64,000 nucleotides of DNA, from the IMG/VR virus record IMGVR_UViG_3300042988_000931, positions 7,470 to 71,469 of that record; one strand, 5' to 3'. Below, piece by piece: positions 47,141 through 55,361 of this stretch. The stretch comes from a virus. The position numbers and the translations under genes were made by a program. The notes beneath the pieces were generated by a model. It had not been told where the DNA came from. It worked only from the letters and a program-made list of their open reading frames with translations, and made no database searches. Each line of letters opens with the position of its first letter. Position 1 is the first letter of the stretch.

Positions 47141-47629
47141 TCAGCCTTTCGCCGGTCCGGGGAGACTCTTGAGCGTCTTGATGTGCTTCTTACGCTGGCC
47201 CACAACGAACTTGTCGAGTATTGAGTGGCCTTTTTTGATGTTGCCGTTGCCGATGGCCGTAACAGTCTCTGGGTCGATAATATATTCACCACCGGCAACA
47301 ACGGCTGGAACTGCCCCGCTATGAGCGGGACCCCCGAGGCCGTATTTGTGAATTAGTCCGCCTGCTGCTCGTCCAACCGGACTGTCAGGCCCCCACATCT
47401 TCTTGATGACCTCGTATCCGGCTTCCGTGTTTCCCTCTCCCAGCGAGGAGACAACATCAGCCGGGATGACATACGCCCCACCAGGAACATGGACATTGAG
47501 CCGGTCAGTCCTGCCGGGGACGGGAGAGCGGATTTCTCCCGTATAGACCTTGCCGCCAGAGGCACGCCGTTCTCTGGCGACACGCATGGCTGCGGCTATC
47601 GCTTGGTCTCTACCCTTAAGGAGCGCCAT
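47141..47629 (-). CDS. Two-repeat protein associated with GG motifs
   Basis: VPGGAYVIPADVVSSLGEGN and VAGGEYIIDPETVTAIGNGN; RASGGKV, RAAGGLI. Confidence 0.7.
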   Translation of the reverse strand: MALLKGRDQAIAAAMRVARERRASGGKVYTGEIRSPVPGRTDRLNVHVPGGAYVIPADVVSSLGEGNTEAGYEVIKKMWGPDSPVGRAAGGLIHKYGLGGPAHSGAVPAVVAGGEYIIDPETVTAIGNGNIKKGHSILDKFVVGQRKKHIKTLKSLPGPAKG

Positions 47630-47889
47630 TAGCTGATTATCCAGTTCGTTCCATTGGAATAAACGAGCACGATATTGGCCCCGCCACCGGCAACGGTAGA
47701 CAGGCGCGTTGTCGCATTGGCGTCAGTGACCATGTAAAGCGCACCCGGATAGGCCGAAGCAGCAGGTAGGAGAGCAGCCGTAGTCGACGGAGCAACGCCG
47801 GTTGCAGCCGCCCTCGTCGCCGCAGTAAGGCTGTTAATCGCGATAACGCCATTTTGAAGGGCAGAAAGGATGTCAGAGAGCGAAGCCAA
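47629..47889 (-). CDS. Small virion protein
   Basis: VTDA...GGG...VYSNGTNW. Confidence 0.65.
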   Translation of the reverse strand: MASLSDILSALQNGVIAINSLTAATRAAATGVAPSTTAALLPAASAYPGALYMVTDANATTRLSTVAGGGANIVLVYSNGTNWIIS

Positions 47890-49962
47890 TTAGCGTCTCC
47901 CATCAGTTGCGACACGGAAACGGCACTTACCCAGACGCCAGAATGTCCCGAGGTCCTGACTTGAAACCTGCATCTGAACGTATCGCCCGCGAATGCGCAG
48001 GGGGATGGTATGAACGCGCCTGTTTACGTAATAGGGGCCATATTTCCTCGGATTTTCTCCAAGATAGTCCGTTACGTTGAACGTAAAACCAACAACGCCG
48101 CCTTCATTCTCGACGTATGTCCCTGTCTGGGCTCCAGTCTCGTCGAGATGCTCAGCGTATGTCTCCCATTTCATGTCGGGGTAAAAAAGGTCGACGAACA
48201 GGAAATCTTGTCCCTCTTGGAGCGCCGCATAACCGGTCGTGAGAGACGGCATGATTGGCTGACCATCTGCATCCGGAGACGTCTCGTGCTGGTAGATATA
48301 GCCATTCGAAGCCCCAAGCGGACCGCCAATATTTGACTGGTCCGTCCATGCCGTTCGGTTCATCGTGCCAATATCCCAAACATTCTGAAGCGTATTATAG
48401 CAAACGTAAGAGTCATTGTCTCCATTTGCGCTTGCTGCACTGGGATAATACCAGACAATTTCATTGAACATTGCATTAGATGCGCAGACAATATTGTCCA
48501 CATAATCGAAATTGAGGTTCTGAAAGACAGCATCCCAGACAGAACACGGCAGCACCTGATAATTCTGTCCTGCATTTGAGAAGAAATTGCGTTGCGACAT
48601 CCAGTAAACAGTCGTCGACTGCTGGGCGAGCGCCTTTGGAGCGATGAGACCACAGCCGGAAGCGACCTTCTGGAACCCCCAGATTGGCCCCGGCGCGCCG
48701 ACATACTGCGCGTTATAGGCGTCAACATCGGTCAGGATGAGCAATTGCTGGGCCGTCAGGACCACCCGCTGTATCTTGCTGCCGGTCGGGATGTGATAGC
48801 CGCCCGCCTGATTGGTGACGTCCGGCGTCCAAGTAGAATAATCGCCTGCATCAGACCAGCGGATTTGTAGCGGGTCAGAGATGCCGTTATAGGTCGAGCC
48901 CCACGCCACAACCTGCTGTTGCGGCATTGCCACCAGCACGCCATTGTTCTGCGTCGGGGCATTTGGCATCAGCGTTGCATTATTGACGCCCGAGCTGGGG
49001 CTCCAGATGAATATCGGGCCGCCAGTCACCCCAGCGATGAGCACCTCGCCCCAATTGTCGAGCCAATAATCCGTATTTGTGATGCTCGTCCCGGTTGCCC
49101 CTGTGGGAGCCGTTCCAACGCCATACCCGCCATCTCCATAAGGGCCGACGCCATATCCTACGCCTGTGACGGGCGGGTTCTTGGTCGAATAGAACGTCAG
49201 CAACATTTTACTGTTATTGATGCTTGCAGTTGCATTGGCGTTGGCGGATTGAGACGCCTGGAAAGTGAATGTGTTAGTCTGTACAGATTGGATGATATAG
49301 ACGCCGTAAATTGTAATCCCACCGACCGTTGTAGACACGGCGGCAGGATAATAATCCCCCGGCTGATACCCATGACCGTTAAGCGTCGCGGTAACGAGCG
49401 AAGAGCCATCCGTCACAGCATAAGAAACGACGGAGCCGTTCTTTCGGCCTCCCGCAGTGGCCGCCCCAGTCGTTTGGATTGTAAATGCACTGGCAGTCGC
49501 CGCCGTGATTTGATACGGGCCGTAAATAATTATGCCATCGACAGATACATGCGTATTGAAGATGACGGAGTCATATACAGTGTAGTCATTAGAGAGATAC
49601 ACAGTGACGGTTCCAGCGCCCAACGACGTGCCGAATACTTCATTCGGGGTTGCGACTGACGTAGTAGCCGAAGATGTGCTAACCTGCGGAGTTATGTCTG
49701 AAGACGTTCCGTTATGGATGGAAACAAGCTGCGCAGTAGAGCCTGCGGCAAGATAAGTTCCGCCGCTAATGTCCATCCATGGGTGCAGCGCATTGATGAC
49801 GCCGCTCATTTGATAGTTGATATATTTCTTCCAGCCGCCGCGCTTTTCTGGCATTCCATTGCGCCAGCGGATGAAAGAACTGCTCGACACGCCCGTCTCA
49901 TTGGCGGCAAGCGTCTTTTCAGTATCAACGCCGGGGGTGATTTGAAGAGCGATTGTCGGCAT
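47890..49962 (-). CDS. Tail nozzle / DNA stabilisation protein
   Basis: ~690 aa beta-propeller-like, IRWSD, GCGLIAP, C-terminal FWRLG......DGRR; start MPTIAL. Confidence 0.78.
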   Translation of the reverse strand: MPTIALQITPGVDTEKTLAANETGVSSSSFIRWRNGMPEKRGGWKKYINYQMSGVINALHPWMDISGGTYLAAGSTAQLVSIHNGTSSDITPQVSTSSATTSVATPNEVFGTSLGAGTVTVYLSNDYTVYDSVIFNTHVSVDGIIIYGPYQITAATASAFTIQTTGAATAGGRKNGSVVSYAVTDGSSLVTATLNGHGYQPGDYYPAAVSTTVGGITIYGVYIIQSVQTNTFTFQASQSANANATASINNSKMLLTFYSTKNPPVTGVGYGVGPYGDGGYGVGTAPTGATGTSITNTDYWLDNWGEVLIAGVTGGPIFIWSPSSGVNNATLMPNAPTQNNGVLVAMPQQQVVAWGSTYNGISDPLQIRWSDAGDYSTWTPDVTNQAGGYHIPTGSKIQRVVLTAQQLLILTDVDAYNAQYVGAPGPIWGFQKVASGCGLIAPKALAQQSTTVYWMSQRNFFSNAGQNYQVLPCSVWDAVFQNLNFDYVDNIVCASNAMFNEIVWYYPSAASANGDNDSYVCYNTLQNVWDIGTMNRTAWTDQSNIGGPLGASNGYIYQHETSPDADGQPIMPSLTTGYAALQEGQDFLFVDLFYPDMKWETYAEHLDETGAQTGTYVENEGGVVGFTFNVTDYLGENPRKYGPYYVNRRVHTIPLRIRGRYVQMQVSSQDLGTFWRLGKCRFRVATDGRR

Positions 49963-49963
49963 A

Positions 49964-50665
49964 TCAAGCCACCGGAGCAGAATGAGAAACCCAATCGCCA
50001 AAGGCGAATTTCTTGCGCATCTCTTCCGACATCGCGGACGCTTTGGCGGTCTGATACTGTGCTTCCCAGTAGCCGGGGCCGTCCTGCGTCTGGGCGCCGT
50101 ATTCCATGATGGCCCGAGAGAAGAACGCCATGCTCGCATTGAAGAACAGGTCTGGGAGATAGAGCGTCAGGAAGGTTGTCGTGTTCGATGCCGACAACGG
50201 CGCTGGCCTAATCGTGCCCACCACCTCAACATTATAGGCGGCATCAGGCCATGGACCGAGGATGATAGACGTATTGTCCCGAATGGCGAAATATTTAGGA
50301 ACGCCTGCCATTGACGGAAGCGAGCTATCATAGACGCTGTCCAGAAAGTCGGGGCTGACCGGCATGAGTTGGTTTCTGGTACCTGTCCCCGCCGCGAGAG
50401 AGGCAGTCGGTGGCGTGATGACATTAACGGACTGAACAGTCACCCATGTCCCATCGTCTGTCGGGAGGTCAAACCGCCGGTAATTTGGCGTGAGCGTGCC
50501 AGTCGAGTTGCGGTTGATAGTCGCTACAAAGTCAAGCTCGCGGTAGCACCTCATCTCTGCAGCGTCGATGGTCGCTGGAAGAATGACCGACCAGTCGATG
50601 TCGTCACTTTTAATGCTGATGAAGGCAGCCAGACGTAGAGCAAATTGCGTATAGGTCATGCTCAT
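49964..50665 (-). CDS. Tail adaptor protein, paralogue 1
   Basis: I..AE.R.YREL, GP.PD..Y.VE, T.L..Y.PDL. Confidence 0.72.
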   Translation of the reverse strand: MSMTYTQFALRLAAFISIKSDDIDWSVILPATIDAAEMRCYRELDFVATINRNSTGTLTPNYRRFDLPTDDGTWVTVQSVNVITPPTASLAAGTGTRNQLMPVSPDFLDSVYDSSLPSMAGVPKYFAIRDNTSIILGPWPDAAYNVEVVGTIRPAPLSASNTTTFLTLYLPDLFFNASMAFFSRAIMEYGAQTQDGPGYWEAQYQTAKASAMSEEMRKKFAFGDWVSHSAPVA

Positions 50666-50668
50666 TTA

Positions 50669-51394
50669 TCAGGTCCTCGTCGGCTGCATGCCAGGCGTGA
50701 GTTCGCTGTTCCAACGGCGGCGGGCTTCTTCCGCCTGCGCGGACTGGAGCAACTGCTGATAGGTGGCTTCCCAGGACATCGCCATTTTCGGGTCGTCCGC
50801 CTGTGAGCCGAAATTGCGCATCCAGCCGCTGAGGAAGACCATCGAGGCGGCGATGAACAAATCAGGTAGATAGGTGCAGAGAAACGTCGTCGGGTTGCTG
50901 GCCGACAGCGGCGTCGGTCTAATTGTGCCAACCACCTCGACCTGAAAAGCGCCACCGGGCGAGGGGCCAAGAACTATCGTGTCCTGGTCACGCATATAAT
51001 ACATGCTCGGCGTCTGGTCGCTCGACGCTGCAATCTCGCTTGGGGCAATATAGTCGACCAGATTGCGCGTTGCAGAGGCCAGCGCCGTACGGGTGGGCGT
51101 AACGCTTGAGGGCGTCGTGTTTGTTATGTCCGTCCCGGCTGGCGTGATGACATTTACGCCCGTTACGGTGATGAATGTGCCATGCGCTGCTGGTAAGTCA
51201 AATTCACGTTGGTTTGGCGTAGTTGACTTAGACGTATCGGCAACACGGGTGGCGACGAGATTAAGGTCTCTGTAGATGCGCTGCTCGGCATAGTCTATCG
51301 TGCCGGGGACGATGGCGGAGAAGTTGGGGTCGCCGACATCAGTTGCGATAATTTTCGCCAACTCATCCTGATACTGGACATAATTAATAGTCAC
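50669..51394 (-). CDS. Tail adaptor protein, paralogue 2
   Basis: Same motifs as neighbour; GTG start overlapping upstream stop. Confidence 0.72.
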   Translation of the reverse strand: MTINYVQYQDELAKIIATDVGDPNFSAIVPGTIDYAEQRIYRDLNLVATRVADTSKSTTPNQREFDLPAAHGTFITVTGVNVITPAGTDITNTTPSSVTPTRTALASATRNLVDYIAPSEIAASSDQTPSMYYMRDQDTIVLGPSPGGAFQVEVVGTIRPTPLSASNPTTFLCTYLPDLFIAASMVFLSGWMRNFGSQADDPKMAMSWEATYQQLLQSAQAEEARRRWNSELTPGMQPTRT

Positions 51395-52074
51395 CGCCAA
51401 TACCCCGCATAGTTCGGCATGATGCGCACGCCTAAATTTTCTGTGTCGGACTGGATGGCGTTCTTCCACGCTTCATCAGCAACAGCCTTGAGAGCCACGG
51501 CCCTGTCTGGCGCATAGATGGACGCCAACCGCCACGAGAGCTCCCAGCTAAAGGCGTCAAAGAAGCGATACGGAACTTCAACACCAGTTGCGCTGCCGAG
51601 ACTGGCGTCCTGCAACTGGGTGGCGCGGTAGAACTTCAGGACCGTCGTGCCATCATTCGGGACGAGCCACAGCGTGATTGTTGGGTGAAGCTGCCTATCA
51701 AACCAGTAGGAGGTTGGCGTCCCCTCCATGGTCTTATTTGCAAGCGAGGCATAGTCAGAACGGCTCAGTGGCGTAATTAGCCTGTCGATGCCATTCTGCG
51801 TCAGATAAACGTCGAGCAGGAACACTGTGTCGTCGGGCACGCTGTAGGTCTTGGCGCCGGCCACCAGCGGGATGGAGTAGAGGTCGACCGACCACAGATT
51901 GACCCCGCTGGCCGTCCATTTGGCCATGATGAGGTTCGTCTCAGTCCGCGCATCTTGCAGGTGCTGCGTGAGCAATTCCGTCCTGCGGATGCCACAGCGG
52001 GCATAGGCCGTAATGACGAAATCGCCAAGCGACGGCGCAAAGTTGGTCGTACCAGTGGTTGTCTCTACTGTCAT
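51391..52074 (-). CDS. Head-tail connector protein
   Basis: A.ARCG...NL...W...GVNLW; Y..L.NK...G.P...WFDRQ. Confidence 0.72.
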   Translation of the reverse strand: MTVETTTGTTNFAPSLGDFVITAYARCGIRRTELLTQHLQDARTETNLIMAKWTASGVNLWSVDLYSIPLVAGAKTYSVPDDTVFLLDVYLTQNGIDRLITPLSRSDYASLANKTMEGTPTSYWFDRQLHPTITLWLVPNDGTTVLKFYRATQLQDASLGSATGVEVPYRFFDAFSWELSWRLASIYAPDRAVALKAVADEAWKNAIQSDTENLGVRIMPNYAGYWR

Positions 52075-53456
52075 GATTTAACCAGCGTTGCGGTTTTACC
52101 GGACCAAACGAATTCAAACGTATCAGGCGTCCACGTTACATCCCATAGCGTAGTGAATGCCATCGTCGCCGTGCCTGCCTGAGTAAAGTCTTTGGTCGCG
52201 GCTTCAAGGTAATTCGGCCCCATCACCACAGACCCGGACATGGTGAACGCCTTGGTAAGCGCCGTCATGAATATCGGGTAGAACTGTTCATAGGTGAACG
52301 TGGCAGTGCCAGAGAGCGTGTAGTATTGCTGGCCGTTGAACGACAGGTCGAACGACGGGTCGAAGCTCGCATAGGCCGAGTTGAACGGCGTCGTCGCCAT
52401 CCGGTAGGTAGATGTTCTGTTTTCTGTCCGGAGCGCCTCGCTCTCCTCTGTAAGAACATCGGAGACGCCATCTTCGAGAGCGATGAAGTTGCCGGATTCG
52501 TAAGCGACGAGAGTGGCATTGCCGACGAAGTTGTAAGGGATAATCTCTGGGTAAAAGTTGCGGCTGATAAGGTATGTCGCCTCTGCTCCGCTGAATGCAT
52601 AAGGACTAGTGTCAGCCACAAGGCCCTGGCCTCTGAGCATGACGTTGTCGCCAGCCATGACGAAGTCTTTGGTGTCCGCAGCAAGCGTTTTTGTCTTGAA
52701 CAGCTCGCCCGCGCCGCCAAAGGCATAAGCCCCTGTCGCTGCAATCGCGTCGATGGAGAATACCGTCTCGCCAGCGAAAGCATAGGGGCCATCGGAAGCC
52801 GATAGGCCACGGTCGGCGGGCGGGAAGTCAAAGACTGCTTCGGCATTGCCAAAGACAAAGTCGCCATAGGCGGCTTCGATGTTAATCTCACGATTAAACG
52901 CCGCATCCTCGCCAGCCCAAACGAAGTCACCCGCGGCCTGCGCCTGAGTCCATTCCCGCGTAAGCAGGCTTTGCGAGCCGTTGACGAAGAAGCCCCCGAT
53001 TTCGGCAGCCAAATCCCAGATGACCTGAATGTATTCTGGGACGAGTGTCGCGTCGTTTACAGACAGGTCGAAAGCGGCGGGGTCGACGTTGAATTTGAGT
53101 TGCAGGAACGGGTAATTGTCGACCGCAGACTCGATTTCGTCGAACTTGAAAGCAAATGCGCGGGGTTCTGCCCACATCTTCCATTCGCGGAGCTGGATAG
53201 GCTCTGGCTGCCGCGGCCTTGGGTCCCTGATGGGCAACGGGTCCGGCGTGAGTATCTTGACCCGCAACTGGGGTTGGGGGATGTCCAAACAGCGCTGGCA
53301 GACTAAGAACCTGCGGTTCGCTAGTCTGTTGCCATTCCATTGCATTTCCCAATGCAAATCTGAGTGGTTGTATGTGCTGCCGCACCTATCGCATACCGCC
53401 CACGCTCTAGGTGATGTTGCATTAACTCTAGCCTTGGAGTGTGGGCGCCATGCCAT
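52071..53456 (-). CDS. CxxC-CxxC domain fused to a long acidic repeat region
   Basis: AVCDRCG...LVCQRCLD.PQPQL, then A..G.F.F.G..A.L repeats. Confidence 0.7.
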   Translation of the reverse strand: MAWRPHSKARVNATSPRAWAVCDRCGSTYNHSDLHWEMQWNGNRLANRRFLVCQRCLDIPQPQLRVKILTPDPLPIRDPRPRQPEPIQLREWKMWAEPRAFAFKFDEIESAVDNYPFLQLKFNVDPAAFDLSVNDATLVPEYIQVIWDLAAEIGGFFVNGSQSLLTREWTQAQAAGDFVWAGEDAAFNREINIEAAYGDFVFGNAEAVFDFPPADRGLSASDGPYAFAGETVFSIDAIAATGAYAFGGAGELFKTKTLAADTKDFVMAGDNVMLRGQGLVADTSPYAFSGAEATYLISRNFYPEIIPYNFVGNATLVAYESGNFIALEDGVSDVLTEESEALRTENRTSTYRMATTPFNSAYASFDPSFDLSFNGQQYYTLSGTATFTYEQFYPIFMTALTKAFTMSGSVVMGPNYLEAATKDFTQAGTATMAFTTLWDVTWTPDTFEFVWSGKTATLVKS

Positions 53457-54037
53457 TACTCATCCCCCACGTATTTGAACCGCATGCCTTTAGCGGTCTT
53501 TCTACGCGGATTGCCGTTGCACAACTCGACAATCATGCTGCGCGAGATGCCGTAATGCCTAGCGGCAGCACCGGTGCTCTCGAAGACCTCATTTGTTTCC
53601 AAGCAAATAACCTTCCGAGCTCGTGATGCCGGTCCGAGATGCGCGTATTGTTTGAATTTGTCGATGTTCTTGTGCCCAAGGTCTGATAAGAGCGCCTTGG
53701 TCTCTTCGGAATGTTTCTTTCCTAGATGCCCATACGAGGCAAATCCCTTAACCCCTGCGCCTCCCAACGTCGTGTTATAGGATGGTGTTAGCTCTGCTAT
53801 AAGAGCCATCTCACGAGCGTGGCCTTCTTCAATCGTTGAGACCGCTTCAATCTCTTCAATAGCAAAGCTTTCGATGCCATGCTCTCTCATGGCCGCCCAA
53901 AGCTTGCACGCCGTCTCGCCCTTGCGGGCGGCACACGTATGTTCGTTCCACCTACGCTTTAGCTTTTTGGTCGTGCAGCCAATGTAAAAATGCCCATTGA
54001 CGCAATTCGTAATCTTATAGAGAGTAATTATAGCCAT
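53456..54037 (-). CDS. GIY-YIG homing endonuclease with NUMOD3/NUMOD1 motifs
   Basis: LYKITN..NG.FYIG.T...RW.EH; YN...GG; GKKHSEETK; F.S...AA...GI. Confidence 0.9.
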   Translation of the reverse strand: MAIITLYKITNCVNGHFYIGCTTKKLKRRWNEHTCAARKGETACKLWAAMREHGIESFAIEEIEAVSTIEEGHAREMALIAELTPSYNTTLGGAGVKGFASYGHLGKKHSEETKALLSDLGHKNIDKFKQYAHLGPASRARKVICLETNEVFESTGAAARHYGISRSMIVELCNGNPRRKTAKGMRFKYVGDE

Positions 54038-54111
54038 ATTCCCGGTCCTTTCGGGGTTGTGGTCAGAAGCCGCTCAGCGTTCCTAGCGCTGGGCGGTTTC
54101 GTATTATACCC

Positions 54112-55350
54112 TCAATTATGTTTCAGGTCGAGCTTCATCAGCTGCAGCAAATGCCACGGGAAGTGCATCATCGTGTACTGCCCATTGCAATCCGGGTCCC
54201 ATGTATAGGGCTTCCCCGGATACCCAGTCGTCGAGTTCTTATAATGGTCGACGCCGACACAGTCGAAAATTCCACCGTCTTTGAGATAGGGGTCCGGGGT
54301 ATAAGGAGTGGTGAAAGTCATCCCCGTATCAAGTCCGCCGGGGTTCTGGACACGAATGACGCCTGAGCCGCCATTATCGTTGACGATGAAGCCATACGTC
54401 TTCACAGCGCGGGCAATCATCTTGGGGAATTTCTTTAGAGGGTTTCCATCTCTGTCCCGGTAGGCGTCAACGTCAAAGTCTGCGGGAAGCCGCAGGATAG
54501 CTCCTTCTGGCATATCAAATGGGTCTGTGCCGCCACCGTCTGTATGCCGGGCGATTGGCCCTGTGTAATAGTCCTTTTTGATGTTCGGAAGGACCAGCCC
54601 AATCATATGCGGGATTTCTCCGGCAAGCATCTCTTCGATGGTTGGGGTATAGCCGAGATAAGGTATTTGCGAGCCTGTAACGCCACGGCCAACTGACACG
54701 CCTCCCCAGCCGCCATAGGGACTGGTCCATGACGTTGTCCCAGGCCAAATCGTCATCTCCGTCCAAATGGCGTCGCTTTGGGACACGTTATACATAACGG
54801 ACGCATTGTTGAAATTCCATGTATTCAGCGTGCTGTCCCAAGTCATTCCGCCCATTTCATAATAGGCGTTTGCCTTTCTATCCCATATGACCGCCTGATT
54901 GTCGCACCCGTCGTTCCCTAACGTCTCCGGCGCTTGGACGCCTTGCAAGAGATGCTGCCACCATCCATTGTAATCATAGGCATAGCCTGGGTATCTTCTG
55001 ACAAAAGACCATTTTGGGTCAGTTTCTTCCGTCACCCAGATAATGACGGCGCAGGCCCAAATCGCGACGTCCATAAAGGGCTGCCGACCGCTGCCATAAT
55101 CATTTACCGTCAGATTATCGACCAACCGAGAAATGTAATTCTTCGACTGCGGGTCGACCGCAAGAGGGGTCGGCCACAAGTCAAGCGGTGTCGTATTGGG
55201 AGAGCCCATTCTCCAAACCTGCCCGTCACCCGTCGTCAATGCGCCAGGGCCACGCGGGACGGGAGGCTCCGCAGGAGGGTTATCCGAACTGCTCCAAAAC
55301 GCCTGAGCGAATGTCGGCAGAAGAGCAATAACGAACAGGAGTCTCTTCAT
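54112..55350 (-). CDS. Signal-peptide protein, paralogue A of an uncharacterised domain
   Basis: MKRLLFVIALLPTFAQA; GEIPHMIG...PEGAILRL...A...YGFIVND. Confidence 0.8.
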   Translation of the reverse strand: MKRLLFVIALLPTFAQAFWSSSDNPPAEPPVPRGPGALTTGDGQVWRMGSPNTTPLDLWPTPLAVDPQSKNYISRLVDNLTVNDYGSGRQPFMDVAIWACAVIIWVTEETDPKWSFVRRYPGYAYDYNGWWQHLLQGVQAPETLGNDGCDNQAVIWDRKANAYYEMGGMTWDSTLNTWNFNNASVMYNVSQSDAIWTEMTIWPGTTSWTSPYGGWGGVSVGRGVTGSQIPYLGYTPTIEEMLAGEIPHMIGLVLPNIKKDYYTGPIARHTDGGGTDPFDMPEGAILRLPADFDVDAYRDRDGNPLKKFPKMIARAVKTYGFIVNDNGGSGVIRVQNPGGLDTGMTFTTPYTPDPYLKDGGIFDCVGVDHYKNSTTGYPGKPYTWDPDCNGQYTMMHFPWHLLQLMKLDLKHN

Positions 55351-55361
55351 GTCTTAGCTCT

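Noticed and set aside
12456-54037. Self-splicing introns or inteins hosting the HNH and GIY-YIG genes
   Set aside because: Flanking genes are intact and the nuclease genes are free-standing with only short leaders; TerL, portal and helicase have normal lengths.
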